DNA of 63,394 bases, filler included, from Octopus bimaculoides (Eukaryota), in assembly GCF_001194135.2 (NCBI RefSeq). It is 4 parts of 3 records of this genome, joined end to end, with 100 filler letters (N's around TTAATTAATTAA, not from the genome) between each part and the next. Parts side by side here need not be neighbours in the genome. Positions count along the whole stretch, not along the records: positions 17,604 to 34,165 come from NC_068991.1; positions 34,266 to 54,252 come from NC_068993.1; 2 more parts are not named here. One strand, 5' to 3'. The notes beneath the pieces are model-generated. The model saw only the letters and a list, made by a program, of their open reading frames with translations, did not search any database and had not been told where the DNA came from. Made by a program: the position numbers and the translations under genes. This document shows positions 25,970 through 37,672 of this stretch, piece by piece. Every line of letters begins with the position of its first letter. The stretch's first letter is position 1.

Positions 25970-26801
25970 TCCCTCTCTTCCTTTTTTCTTTCTTTCTGTC
26001 TTTCTGTCTTTGTTTCCTTCTTTCTTCTTTTCCGTCCTTCTTTCTAACTTTCTTTCTTTCTTTCTTTTCCTTTTTCTCTTTCTTTCTTTCTTTCTTTCTA
26101 GAAACCAGAACTCTCCATTCGGTAATGTTGCCCTAAATATACCACTACCGAAATATATAACAGGAAGGAGGCGCCAACCAACACCAGGATGCCAGTTAGA
26201 CTCAGCTTCTTTGGTCAAGACTAACACAAAGTAGCCATACTTGCAATGCATTCGAACCCATAACCAGCTATTTTACTAATACCCTACCACAACCATTTAG
26301 CCCACTACACCACAGCATAACGCAACATACAATAATCTCTGTATATAATCTCTATATAATCCGGATGAACTGCTACGTGTATCGATCTATGACGATATAA
26401 TAACCAGTGTGATCTTCATTGTATCAAAGTTGTTGAAATCTCGATTCATCACACTGTTGAAGAAATATCGAGGTCATATTTATTATTCCCCACCACCGCC
26501 AAAACTACCACCAGAGCCACCACCACCACCACCACCATCTGAGGCTGATGAAACAATTTACTGTGATATGCTAGGATTCGTTCTGTGTGCATGCACACAC
26601 ACGCAAATACATGGTACAGTGTTGAGTGAGTGTAACACACACACACGCGCGCGCATGCGCGCATGCACTCACGCACACAACCAATGAAAGATAGAGGAAA
26701 AGAGAGTAGTGTCTGTACGTGCGTATGTATACATCTGTATGTATGTTAATCTATATGTGGATGCATGCATAGATATATATGTGTATGTGTGTGAATGTGT
26801 G

Positions 26802-26875
<74 letters not shown>

Positions 26876-27496
26876 CATACATACATATATACAGGCATAC
26901 ATACAGACATCGATAAATGCATGCATGCATGCATATATACATTCACACATTTGATCTTTGTAACATAATGCAATAAAGTGTTCCCCCGAGGATGGTTTAG
27001 CATCCAATTGCACTTGGAACATCCAGTGCAGAGTTTGGGTTGCAAATGGCCAATAACCTTTATGGGGAAATGTACGTACGGAACAAATATAGTATAAACC
27101 GATGTTCATCGTAATTTCTTATGATGGACTCTCTCGTCCAAGACGACGTATGAGCGTTCAGTTTTTGCCGAACGACCAGCACAAATGATTTGTTTATAGC
27201 GACCAAAACCAAATGTATGTGTTGTACATTAATTCACACTCTCTTTCAAATCGATGTTGCCTGAACACGGTGCACGGTGTACTACGCGTAACGTGTCGAA
27301 GTGATCGTAAAACCAACATGGAATGAAGTATATTGCTCAAGAATACAACGCAGTCATTGCTGTGTGGTTAATAAGCTTCAGATTCAATCCCACAAGCGCC
27401 ATCATGGTCAAGTTTCTTAATGCTACTCCTTGTGAATGAATTTGCATGGAAGCTCGTCGTGTGGGTGTGTGTGTAGACACGGGTATATATTTTGAA

Positions 27497-27652
27497 GGAG
27501 TGGCTGTGTGGTAAGAAGCTTGTTTCCCAACCACATGGTTCTGGGTTCAGCCCCACTGCATGACACCTTGGGCAAGTGTCTTCTACTGTAGCCTCGGGCC
27601 TGCTAAAGCCTTGTGAGTGGATTTTGTAGACGGAAATTGAAAGAAGACCATC

Positions 27653-27725
<73 letters not shown>

Positions 27726-27752
27726 NNNNNNNNNNNNNNNNNNNNNNNNNNN

Positions 27753-27821
<69 letters not shown>

Positions 27822-27995
27822 GTGCGTGCGTGTGTGTGTATGTATCTATGTATGTATGCATGTTTTTGTGTGTCTGGGGTTGTCCCCTCCACCATCACTT
27901 GACAACCGATGTTGGTGTGTTTGTGACCCCGCAACTTAGCGGTGCTCTACCATGACCGGAGTCAAATGACTGAAACAAGTAAAAAGAATAAAAGA

Positions 27996-27997
<2 letters not shown>
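27497..27997 (+). mobile_element. Family A SINE, composite form (tRNA head + CCTTGGGCAAGTG core + microsatellite + 3' half)
   Basis: ggagtggctgtgtggtaag...ggttcagccccactgcatgacaccttgggcaagtgtc...(TA)(TG)n...cacttgacaaccgatgttgg...caaatgactgaaacaagtaaaa. Confidence 0.85.
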
Positions 27998-28028
<31 letters not shown>

Positions 28029-28967
28029 TGTGTGTGTGTCTGAGTGTGTGTGTGTGTGTGTGTGTGTATGTATATACGCATCCACTACCCTTCGATCTTA
28101 GCTAAAATGCTACTTATATATATGTATGTACATATGCATACGTATGTGTATGGGTGTGTGTGTGTGTGTGTGTGTGAGTGTGTGTGTGTGCTTATCCGCT
28201 CATCGCTTGACAAGCGGTGTTTGTTTGTCCACGTTCCAATTACCTAGCGGTTCGGCAAAAGGTACTCAAATAATATGTGCAGGACTTAAAATTAAGTACC
28301 TTTCCTTTTAAAGCATGCAACATATACTATCGGTTGTCGAGTGGTGGTGGGGGACAAACGCCACGCCTGGCTCTCCGCCAGTAACGACGACAAGTGTTCC
28401 TGTGGTTTCGATCAACTGATTAGCCCACTCGTGAAATTAACGTGCAAATGGCTGAGTATTCCGCAGATACGAGTACCCTCAACATAGTTCCCAAGGACAT
28501 TCAACGGGTCAAAGTGAATATGACAAGGCTGGCCCATTGGATTATAGGAACGAATCATTTTTACCAGCTGAGATGACTAGAGTAGCGAGAAGTAAAGTGT
28601 CTTGCTGAGGGACATAACGCGCCGCTGCGAATCGAACTAGCGACTTTACGATCGTGTGTCAGCAAGTCAGAAGCTTTCAAATAGCGACAAACATAAACGC
28701 AAAGAGAACCAGACATAAACATATACACATATACATACGATAGGCTTCTTTTATTTTCCATCTACCAAATCTAGTCTACAGATTGGGAATCAACTTCTTC
28801 ATCACAGAATCAACTTCTTCATCATGTGATTGGGAATCAACTTCTTCATCACAGAATCACCCCCAGGCCTGAAGTAAAAATAAAACTTAGTAATTGCTAA
28901 CGAAAAGCCGACGTATCGATCCCAGAATCTGGTAGTTGTAAAGAGAAAAAAAAAAATAGGAAATAAA

Positions 28968-29145
28968 TATTTATTTCTTCATTGCCCACAAGAGGCTAAA
29001 CATAGAAGGGACAAACAAGGACAGACAAAGGGATTACATCGACCCAGTGCGTAACTGGTACTTACTTAATCGACCCAGAAAAGATGAAAGGTAAAGTCAA
29101 CCTCGGCGGAATTTGAACTCAGAACGTAGCGGCAGACGAAATATA
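28968..29145 (-). mobile_element. Family B SINE just downstream of the tRNA-Ala gene
   Basis: gattacatcgacccagtgcgtaactggtac...cctcggcggaatttgaactcagaacgt. Confidence 0.85.
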
Positions 29146-29213
29146 GGAAATAAATATTGAAAACAAAGGTCATGAAACAAAATATACAAAAAAAAAAAAG
29201 AAATCTCTAGTAG

Positions 29214-29217
29214 AAAA
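29214..29217 (-). terminator. RNA polymerase III T-run terminator of the tRNA-Ala gene
   Basis: TTTT on the minus strand 8 nt after the discriminator base. Confidence 0.7.
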
Positions 29218-29225
29218 CGGGAAGT

Positions 29226-29298
29226 TGGAGAATCCGGGCATCGATCCCGGTACCTCTCGCATGCTAAGCGAGCGCTCTACCATCTGAGCTAATTCCCC
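29226..29298 (-). tRNA. tRNA-Ala-AGC: tRNA-Ala, anticodon AGC
   Basis: Minus strand GGGGAAT TA GCTC AGATGGTA GAGC G CTCGC TTAGCAT GCGAG AGGTA CCGGG ATCGATG CCCGG ATTCTCC A. 73 nt, all four stems pair, G3:U70 alanine identity pair, and the A54-type T loop of eukaryotic tRNA-Ala. Confidence 0.97.
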
Positions 29299-30236
29299 AC
29301 AACAACAATATTTGCTAATCTAACCATTATATAGTCTATGCACGTAGGGTTCTTTCATATAGTTCTGTTAGCTTTATTTTTATCTACTTATTGTTTGCTT
29401 GTCACTCGTAATTACATCTTAAATAACTAATTGTCATTGCTATTAATATACTTCTAACATTTATAATCGTTTCCATATTAACACTAAACTCGTTATCATA
29501 AAACATATAATATTGCGCCAAATTTCATCCACGTGACAGCATGCTAAGCTTTCCAAGAAACTTCTTCTGTCTGTCTATCATGCGGCGATTTTCTACTGCA
29601 TAACTCACGAATTTCTAAATATGTAATTTTATCAGAATATCTGGTGAATATTTATTCCTAAATACATTACAGACGAATAGATTCTGTTGAATAATTTTTA
29701 GTAAATGTATTAAATTTCCTTATTTCTTTATACATGGTTTAATTCGTGTTGTGATATAATTGAAATTTTATTCGATAAGCTATAAAGAGTTACCTCCCTT
29801 AACTGTTTTTTTTTGTTTTTGAACGCTCGTCTTATTTGATATCAACAAATTTGAAGCCTTGTTACACGATTACCTGTATAGTTTAGTATATACATATACA
29901 CCCTGACATAATCATTAGTATTTATGCACAACATTATACATGCACATCCACGTAACATATATCTAAGCATAGATTCATATGCATGCAAACATACATACAT
30001 GCACTCTTGTAGATATCCATGTATCATAATTGCGTGCCAACATGCATGCACGCGTACATAAATACATATAAATATACATGTATACATGCACACTACTATA
30101 AATACATTGATGCATGCTACATGCATACAAGCCTGCATGCATACATACATACATACATACATACAGGCATAGATACATAGATACATGCATATATATACCT
30201 ATGAGTACAAAAATGCATGCTACATGCATACACAAA

Positions 30237-30270
<34 letters not shown>

Positions 30271-30541
30271 CTTATACATATTTACATACATAGGCTCAGC
30301 AACACAGACACGCACACACACACACACACACGTGAACGCACGCACGTACTTATGTATATACATATGTATACGCTCACATATTTTAACACTTACATAGTTG
30401 TATATGCTTACGCATGTACACGTACATAGAGCAGCCCCTCTTAGTCTCACTCCCACTTCTTCTGTTTTCTCCTATCTATCTATCTGCCTCTCCCCCCGGC
30501 TCCAAACTGCCTGTCACACGCATTCCTTCACTGTTGTAGTC

Positions 30542-30572
<31 letters not shown>

Positions 30573-30976
30573 TTCTCTTTCTTGGTGTCTCTCTCCTTCT
30601 CTCTCTCTATTTACCGGCACTTTCTGTTTCTTCTGTTTCTTTACGCTCTCTATCTTTTTCTCACACCACACGCGCGCGCACACACAGACTCGTACGCCAC
30701 GCACGCGCACGCACGCGATGCATCAGATCTTGTCTTAGTATTTAGTAATTAAAAGGTTACATTGGGTACCTACCTAAATAAATACCTAATTAAATACATA
30801 CAGACATGCATCCTTCCGTTCATCCATTCATTCGTCTATACATAAATGCGTACATACAACCATCCAAACGTTCATCTACTTAACCACCTGTCCATCTATT
30901 TATCCATCCATAAGTACATACGTATATACCTACCTACCTACCTACCTACCTACCTACCTACCTACCTACCTACCTA

Positions 30977-31514
30977 GTACCAGGCAGTGACTCTCATAGC
31001 TTCTGATCCTAACTGACTGGAAGTGTTATCATGTACATTGTTTTGTATTGGTATAAAAGATGAGCTACAGCAAATATTCTGCTCCATAACATAGAATTGT
31101 TTGTCAGTTGTTTGAACTTAACCAGTTGAGCTTGTTTCTTATTCGTTGACAATATATGCTTCTCTGATCACGAGCATAAGTAGTGGGGGAGCATCATAGC
31201 CATGTGTTGAGAGGAATTCTTTCTGGTTTGGATAATTCACCTTTGGAAACATGGGTGTTTTGTTGAACATCCTTAAACAACCTTTATTCAAGGACCTTTT
31301 AAGCGGGATGGGCTATTCGACCTGAAGAAAATTCTAATTGGAGCCCACCTGCAAGGTCATGCACTGTTTATCTTGATATGAGATCAACATGTCGCGCACA
31401 TATGGTTGTGATGCATGTGCCTGGTGTACTCTTATCAGACGGGTAGTCATGATGGGTATACTGGGCTTCGTATATTTTACCCCAGTGTTACTTTGATGGC
31501 ATGCATTGCTCTCA
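30977..31514 (+). mobile_element. ~530-bp interspersed repeat, probably a LINE 3' UTR
   Basis: Colinear with the reverse complement of 42431-42957 and 45045-45210. The 42431 copy ends in a long (AAT)n tail. No coding motif recognised. Confidence 0.7.
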
Positions 31515-32269
31515 TACATACATGCACGCTTCATTGTTCTCTTAAAGCAGCACGGTTGTGGATTTAGATTCCAGCTGGGTATCTAAACTCTTTTTTATGG
31601 ATATAGTAACACAGGCGGTAGGGGGTTCTTGCGGCAGATATTCAGAGAGCTTACTGCGCATGTTGACACAAGGCCTCTAGATCATTATGGGACTTTTCAT
31701 TGAGTGTTTTGCCTTTCTCGGTTACGGCCGTCTACAATACGCAGCACATTGTACAGATGTTAAAAATCAAGCGATGCTTACGTCTGAACCTTTTAAAAGT
31801 GAAATCAGAAAAGAAAAATGCCTTGCACAGTGCTAATGCGACTCTCTAAGCAGATAATTATTCAACTATACAACCATCCATTCACCCATTTATCCATACA
31901 AACAAGAATACGTACATACAAGTCACTTGACTGACCCAACTATGTATCTACTTACTTTCTATCAAGGCACCTTATCATTTTATCTCCCAATTTACTGAAC
32001 GCTTTACCCGTCCAAATATCTTTTNNNNNNNNNNNNNNNNNNNNNNNNNNNNNNNNNNNNNNNNNNNNNNNNNNNNNNNNNNNNNNNNNNNNNNNNNNNN
32101 NNNNNNNNNNNNNNNNNNNNNNNCCTACCTACCTACCTACCTACCTGTCTATGGATTTAAATACCTACTAACCAATATACCTACCCAACAACTTACATGC
32201 TTACCTATCAACCAGTCTGCTTACTTCTTCTAAGTTCATAGAGTTATGACACAGCCAATTCCAGTAGCT

Positions 32270-32881
32270 TAAGAAATCTCGCAAGACATAGTAGATATTA
32301 TAATGATGCTCAATAAAAGCATTCGATCTGAAGGGTATTCACTTGTCGAGGTTGCAGAATTTTGAGACGCTGTCGCTGGTGTCTTACAAGGAGACGTTCT
32401 TGAACCTTTGTTATTCATACATTGTCTTGGATTTGCTCTCACGAAGCAAGAAGTTCTAAGCACCCAAGGTTTACAGTAGCAGGTGCAGATTATGCTAATG
32501 TCAGCCCTAAAGTCAGATATCATTGCAGGAACCACGAACCCAATTCACAGACTTGAAGATACGGTAAGAGATATTAGTCACCATACTAACGCCAGAAAAC
32601 CGGAATTTGCCATACAAAACTTGCATTATACCATCACTCGATTAACCAACAATTACTCTCAAATATCTCATGAGCACCATAGTATCTACAGAGGTAGTTG
32701 CAAGCTACGTATCAACAAAGCTTGGAAAGCACTTAAATGTCTCAGTACGAGAAGGAAATATCTAAGCAGTCATACAATGTGAAAAGAACTTCTCAAGCTG
32801 GTTGAATCTCTGTTACTTTATGATTCTTCCATCAGGACACTAACCAACAAGTTTGAAGCTATACGAGATGGCACCTATACG
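32270..32881 (+). mobile_element. Decayed RTE-clade reverse transcriptase fragment
   Basis: DIVDIIMML...AGVLQGDVLEPLLFIHCL...DYAN...INKAWKAL...VESLLLYDS...TLT...DGTYT, matching RT motifs GVLQGD/YADD/LLYG with frameshifts. Breaks off at the 20-bp repeat. Confidence 0.8.
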
Positions 32882-32976
32882 CCATCAAGGACAGACGGCA
32901 CCTATACGCCAAACAAGGCACCTATACGCCAAACAAGGCACCTATACGCCAAACAAGGCACCTATACGCCAAACAA
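32870..32976 (+). repeat. Tandem 20-bp repeat GGCACCTATACGCCAAACAA x4 plus one 27-bp variant
   Basis: Exact units start at 32897, 32917, 32937 and 32957. The variant starts at 32870. Confidence 0.95.
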
Positions 32977-33158
32977 GGACAGACAAAGGGGTTAAGTCGA
33001 TTACATCGACCCAAGTGCGTAACTGGTACTTAATTCATCGACCCCGAAAGAATGAAAGGTAAAGTCGACCTCGGCGGAACTTGAACTCAGAACGTAACGG
33101 CAGACGAAATACCGCTAAGCATTTCACCCAGCGTGCTAACGTTTCTGCCAGCTCGCCG
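32977..33158 (-). mobile_element. Family B SINE, young-looking
   Basis: Near-consensus copy. It abuts the 20-bp repeat on the left and a family A SINE (33160-33290) on the right. Confidence 0.88.
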
Positions 33159-33968
33159 CTTCTTTCAGTTTCCGTCGTCACCAAGGCTTTGGTGGGACCG
33201 AGGCTATTGTAGAAAACACTTGTCCAAGGTGTGAGTTTGAACTCTGAATCATGTGGTTGGGAAGCAAACTTCTTACCACACAGCCACGCCTGAATCCGGT
33301 CAGTGAATAGATCGAATAGAAAAAAGCAAATAAATATCTCATCATAGCTGCCCTAGAAAATGTGAAATTAATAAGATCACACACGTTCTGTATTTTTATG
33401 TATGTCGCAGACACAGATATCAAAATGGCAATAAAATATAAATTAGAATAACGATTGACCTTGTAAATGAAACTGATTGTAAAAGAAAAAGACTAGCAAA
33501 AACACAGTCATGTGTTTCAAGAAACACAGGATATTGATATTTTACAGTAGACAGAGAGTTGTGATAATTTATGGTATTGTCAAGAGCATTTAGCAACACA
33601 AGTTAAGTAGTTTATGAATCATAAATGATATCTCGGTTTGTCGGAAATTAGCAGAGTGGTGTTGGTACATATGAACCTATTATTAAAGAGCCTTTAGATT
33701 AGTCTCGACATGTTTGTTGTAGTCATCATGGTCAAAGCTGAACATCGTCTGCATAACTCATATAAGTCATAATGGATAAAGTCGATAAGTACGATGTCGT
33801 TTAGCTCCAGATCAGTGTATGATTTAAGGTCAGTTTAGTTGATAATTCGAAGTGGTTGAGGTGCCTCGTAAATGCGCTGTCGTTGGTTCGTGTTGGTGAG
33901 TATGTTTACCAAGAAGTGTGTATTCACCATTATTTTTAACACAACAGTATGCAAACAAATTTCACAGC

Positions 33969-34021
<53 letters not shown>

Positions 34022-34090
34022 ATTGTCAGTCATTCAGCCAGTCTGTCTGGCTTTCTCAGAATCTCTCTCCTCCTCTCTCTTTCTCTCTCA

Positions 34091-34130
<40 letters not shown>

Positions 34131-35359
34131 TAATATATAAGTATATAATATAATTATATTAAAGGNNNNNNNNNNNNNNNNNNNNNNNNNNNNNNNNNNN
34201 NNNNNNNNNTTAATTAATTAANNNNNNNNNNNNNNNNNNNNNNNNNNNNNNNNNNNNNNNNNNNNTGTGTGTGCTAAAGTAGAGTTAAGCGGTGTGTGCA
34301 AGCCATTATTTAAAGTCGTGTACCTACGAGGCAATAGTCATGTTTTTTTAATGAAGGTAGGTGGACTTTTTTCGTTTTTGCATTTAGTACCATTAATGGC
34401 CTCCGTGATTAAGTATTGCAGTAACAGTAAGTATGTGATATTGTACACTACTGGATTATTAGGATCTTAGCTAGCTTTTATGATAATTTGTTTTAGCTAG
34501 AATGTTTTGTTTTAACGCCAATTCAAATCGCTTTATTCATTTATTTATTTAGTTTTATCAGTATCACAAAGTAACCACACTTAGAGATTTTAAAATAGAA
34601 ATCGTCCTTCAAAAATCTGGATGCACCGACTTCTAAGATATAATACTAGAAACAAGAAAAAAAAAACAATGGAAGCAGTCTCTGCGGGTGGATCTTTGGA
34701 CATTTAGAAATGGCAGCGTATTTGAAACTATACTGTGCCGCTGTAAAGAATGAGATGAAGAATATTAAATAATGTTCACTGATTTAAATGAAGTATGTAG
34801 AATTGTAATGTTTATTAGTAGGATTCTTTTGAATATAGAACACCACTTCTATTGCTGACATTCGTCGGCCTGAGGCTATAGTAGAAGACACTCGCCCATT
34901 GTACCACGCCGTGGGACTGAACCCGGAACCTTGAGGTTGAGAAACAAGCTTCTTACCACACAGTCACGCATGTATATGTGATACATATCATTCATACATA
35001 CAGATATATCTACTAACAGGGTAACATAGTTTCTCCCTACTTAAAAGGTCAGTGGGCGCAGAACATATCCGTATCTTCGGATCTGCGGTGTCAAAGTAGC
35101 GAAATTGTAGAAGAAATTTCAAAAGTAATTATAGGAAAGACTTATTTAGACCTCTGTTGATGACATCAAGTCATATGACTCTTTAACTATCTTGCAACAT
35201 CAGTTCTTTCATGATATGACCCATGTGGTAGAGCAGAGAAATTGTTGGCGTCAGTTAGCCTTCTCTATTGGTATCATATTTCATAGTTAACTGATACCAT
35301 GTGGAGAGATAACATGTTTGTTGTTGTCAGGTTAAATAGTAATTTGTGTATCAAGCATA

Positions 35360-35585
35360 GGAGGCGCATGGCTTAGTGGTCAGGCTACTTGGAATTATGA
35401 TCGTAATAGTGTGGTTTCGATTCCTGATCCGAGCGATGCATTGTGCTCTTGAGCAAAATACTTCATTTCACATTGTTCCAGTCCACTCAACTGGAAAAAA
35501 TGAGTAATCCTGCAATGGACCGGAGACCCGTCCAGGTGGGGAATCTGGGAAACCGGCCCTTTTGTGTTTACGTTACTCAGGAAGG
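35360..35585 (+). mobile_element. tRNA-derived SINE, family D
   Basis: ggaggcgcatggcttagtggtcagg...ggtttcgattcc...ctcttgagcaaaatac...cctgcaatggaccgg...gtccagg. Related minus-strand copies at ~28370-28660 and ~52390-52522. Confidence 0.7.
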
Positions 35586-36401
35586 ATCTTTATCCTTTTT
35601 TATTTATTATCGACCGTAGGTGTTTGGTGTTAGTAGGCTGTAATCTCTCTGAGTAGCTACCCCTCACTCTCTCTCTCTCTCTCTCTTTGAGCAGCAATTG
35701 CTCGTCAATCAGTTTGGTAAACGATAGTATATTTGGGTAATCAACAGCTATTGACTGACGTGCACTAGCATTCATCATTATTGATGTAGTTGGGTAGCTG
35801 CGCTGGTATATGCAGTCTCTCACGGAGGCACAGTTGACAATATATATCGGTGTGTGTGTATGTATGTATATACTTATATATATAAATACATGCATAAATA
35901 ACTATATATATATATNNNNNNNNNNNNNNNNNNNNNNNNNNNNNNNNNNNNNNNNNNNNNNNNNNNNNNNNNNNNNNNNNNNNNNNNNNNNNNNNNNNNN
36001 NNNNNNNNNNNNNNNNNNNNNNNNNNNNNNNNNNNNNNNNNNNNNNNNNNNNNNNNNNNNNNNNNNNNNNNNNNNNNNNNNNNNNNNNNNNNNNNNNNNN
36101 NNNNNNNNNNNNNNNNNNNNNNNNNNNNNNNNNNNNNNNNNNNNNNNNNNNNNNNNNNNNNNNNNNNNNNNNNNNNNNNNNNNNNNNNNNNNNNNNNNNN
36201 NNNNNNNNNNNNNNNNNNNNNNNNNNNNNNNNNNNNNNNNNNNNNNNNNNNNNNNNNNNNNNNNNNNNNNNNNNNNNNNNNNNNNNNNNNNNNNNNNNNN
36301 NNNNNNNNNNNNNNNNNNNNNNNNNNNNNNNNNNNNNNNNNNNNNNNNNNNNNNNNNNNNNNNNNNNNNNNNNNNNNNNNNNNNNNNNNNNNNNNNNNNN
36401 N

Positions 36402-37484
36402 GAAAAACGAGCATTTTCGACACCTCCTTCTTTTTCCTTTTAATCAAGGTTCTAAGGCCGCAAAAGCTGCTCGCGACATTTGTGCTGTGTATGGAGAGGG
36501 TACCATAGCTGAAAGAACCGCTCGTGATTGGTATGCCTAGTTCAAAAATGTAAATTTTAACCTCAATGACACACCTCGTTCTGTCCGTCCAGTTGAGTTC
36601 GATGAAGAACAATTAAACCAACATTTGCACGAAAATTCTAGTCAAACGAAAAGGGAACTGGCAGAGAAAATGGAATGCTCCCACAGTGCTATAGAGAAGC
36701 ATCTTCACTCGATGGGAAAGGTTCAGAAGTATGGAGCATGGGTTCCGCATGCTTTAAGTGACAACAACAACAAAAATCAACGAGCCACAATCTCCGCTGG
36801 TTTGCTTGCTCGTCACCGCTCAACTCATGGACACAAGCAACGATTTCTTTACCGAATCGTTACTGGCGACGAAAAATGGTGCCTGTACATCAATATGAAG
36901 CAGCGTAAGGAATGGCTTAGCCCCGGTAAACAAGCGACACCGCGCGTGAAACAAGATCTTCATCCGCGTAAAACGATGTCGTGCGTATGGTGGGACAGGG
37001 ATGGGATTATCTATTACGAATTGCTTGAACGGAACCAAACGGTCAACGCGGAACTTTATGTTCAACAGATGGAATGACTCATCACGGCTATTCAAGAGAA
37101 AAGACCTAATTGTCTGCATGAAGTTCTTCTGCTGCACTACAACGCCCTCCCTCATATTGCCAATATGACCAAGGAAGCCATTCAAACGCATGGCTGGGAA
37201 ATGCTTCCACATCCACCGTACTCTCCTGATTTGGCACCAACGGATTTCCACCTCTTTCGATCTCTTTCAAGTGCTTCGCGTGGAGTTTCGTTCAATACTG
37301 ATGCAGAATTGAGAGCTTGGTTAGATCAATTTTTCGAGGTATTGAAAATCTTGTTGAACGTTGGGAAGAAGTTGTAAACAACAATGATGAATACATTATT
37401 GATTAATTAGTTGTTATTTTTTATTAAACCTTTTAAAAAATTTAAATTTTAAAAAACCGCGGGAACTTAGTTGCCAACTTAATA
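36402..37484 (+). mobile_element. Mariner (DD34D-type) transposon, nearly full-length defective transposase with 3' TIR
   Basis: Read through two stops: KNEHFRHLLLF...WVPHALS...IVTGDEKW...LHYNALPH...HPPYSPDLAPTDFHLFRSL...[16 protein letters not shown]. The second catalytic D is mutated (HDNA to HYNA) and there is a short C-terminal deletion. 3' TIR aaaaaccgcgggaacttagttgccaacttaata at 37452-37484 is followed by (TA)n. The 5' end lies in the N gap. Confidence 0.95.
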
Positions 37485-37515
37485 TATATATTTATAAATA
37501 TATATATATATACAT

Positions 37516-37565
<50 letters not shown>

Positions 37566-37570
37566 CTATC

Positions 37571-37672
<102 letters not shown>

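Noticed and set aside
26409-26687. Poly-proline ORF (PPPPKLPPEPPPPPPPSEADETIY)
   Set aside because: Driven by a (CCA)n tract, with no convincing splice sites or homology.
32870-32976. CRISPR-like appearance of this array and of 55830-56115
   Set aside because: Eukaryotic context, no unique spacers of constant length and no cas genes. Both are explained by retroelement sequence.
36625-37377. SETMAR-like domesticated mariner
   Set aside because: No SET domain. Stops and a mutated catalytic Asp indicate a dead transposon.
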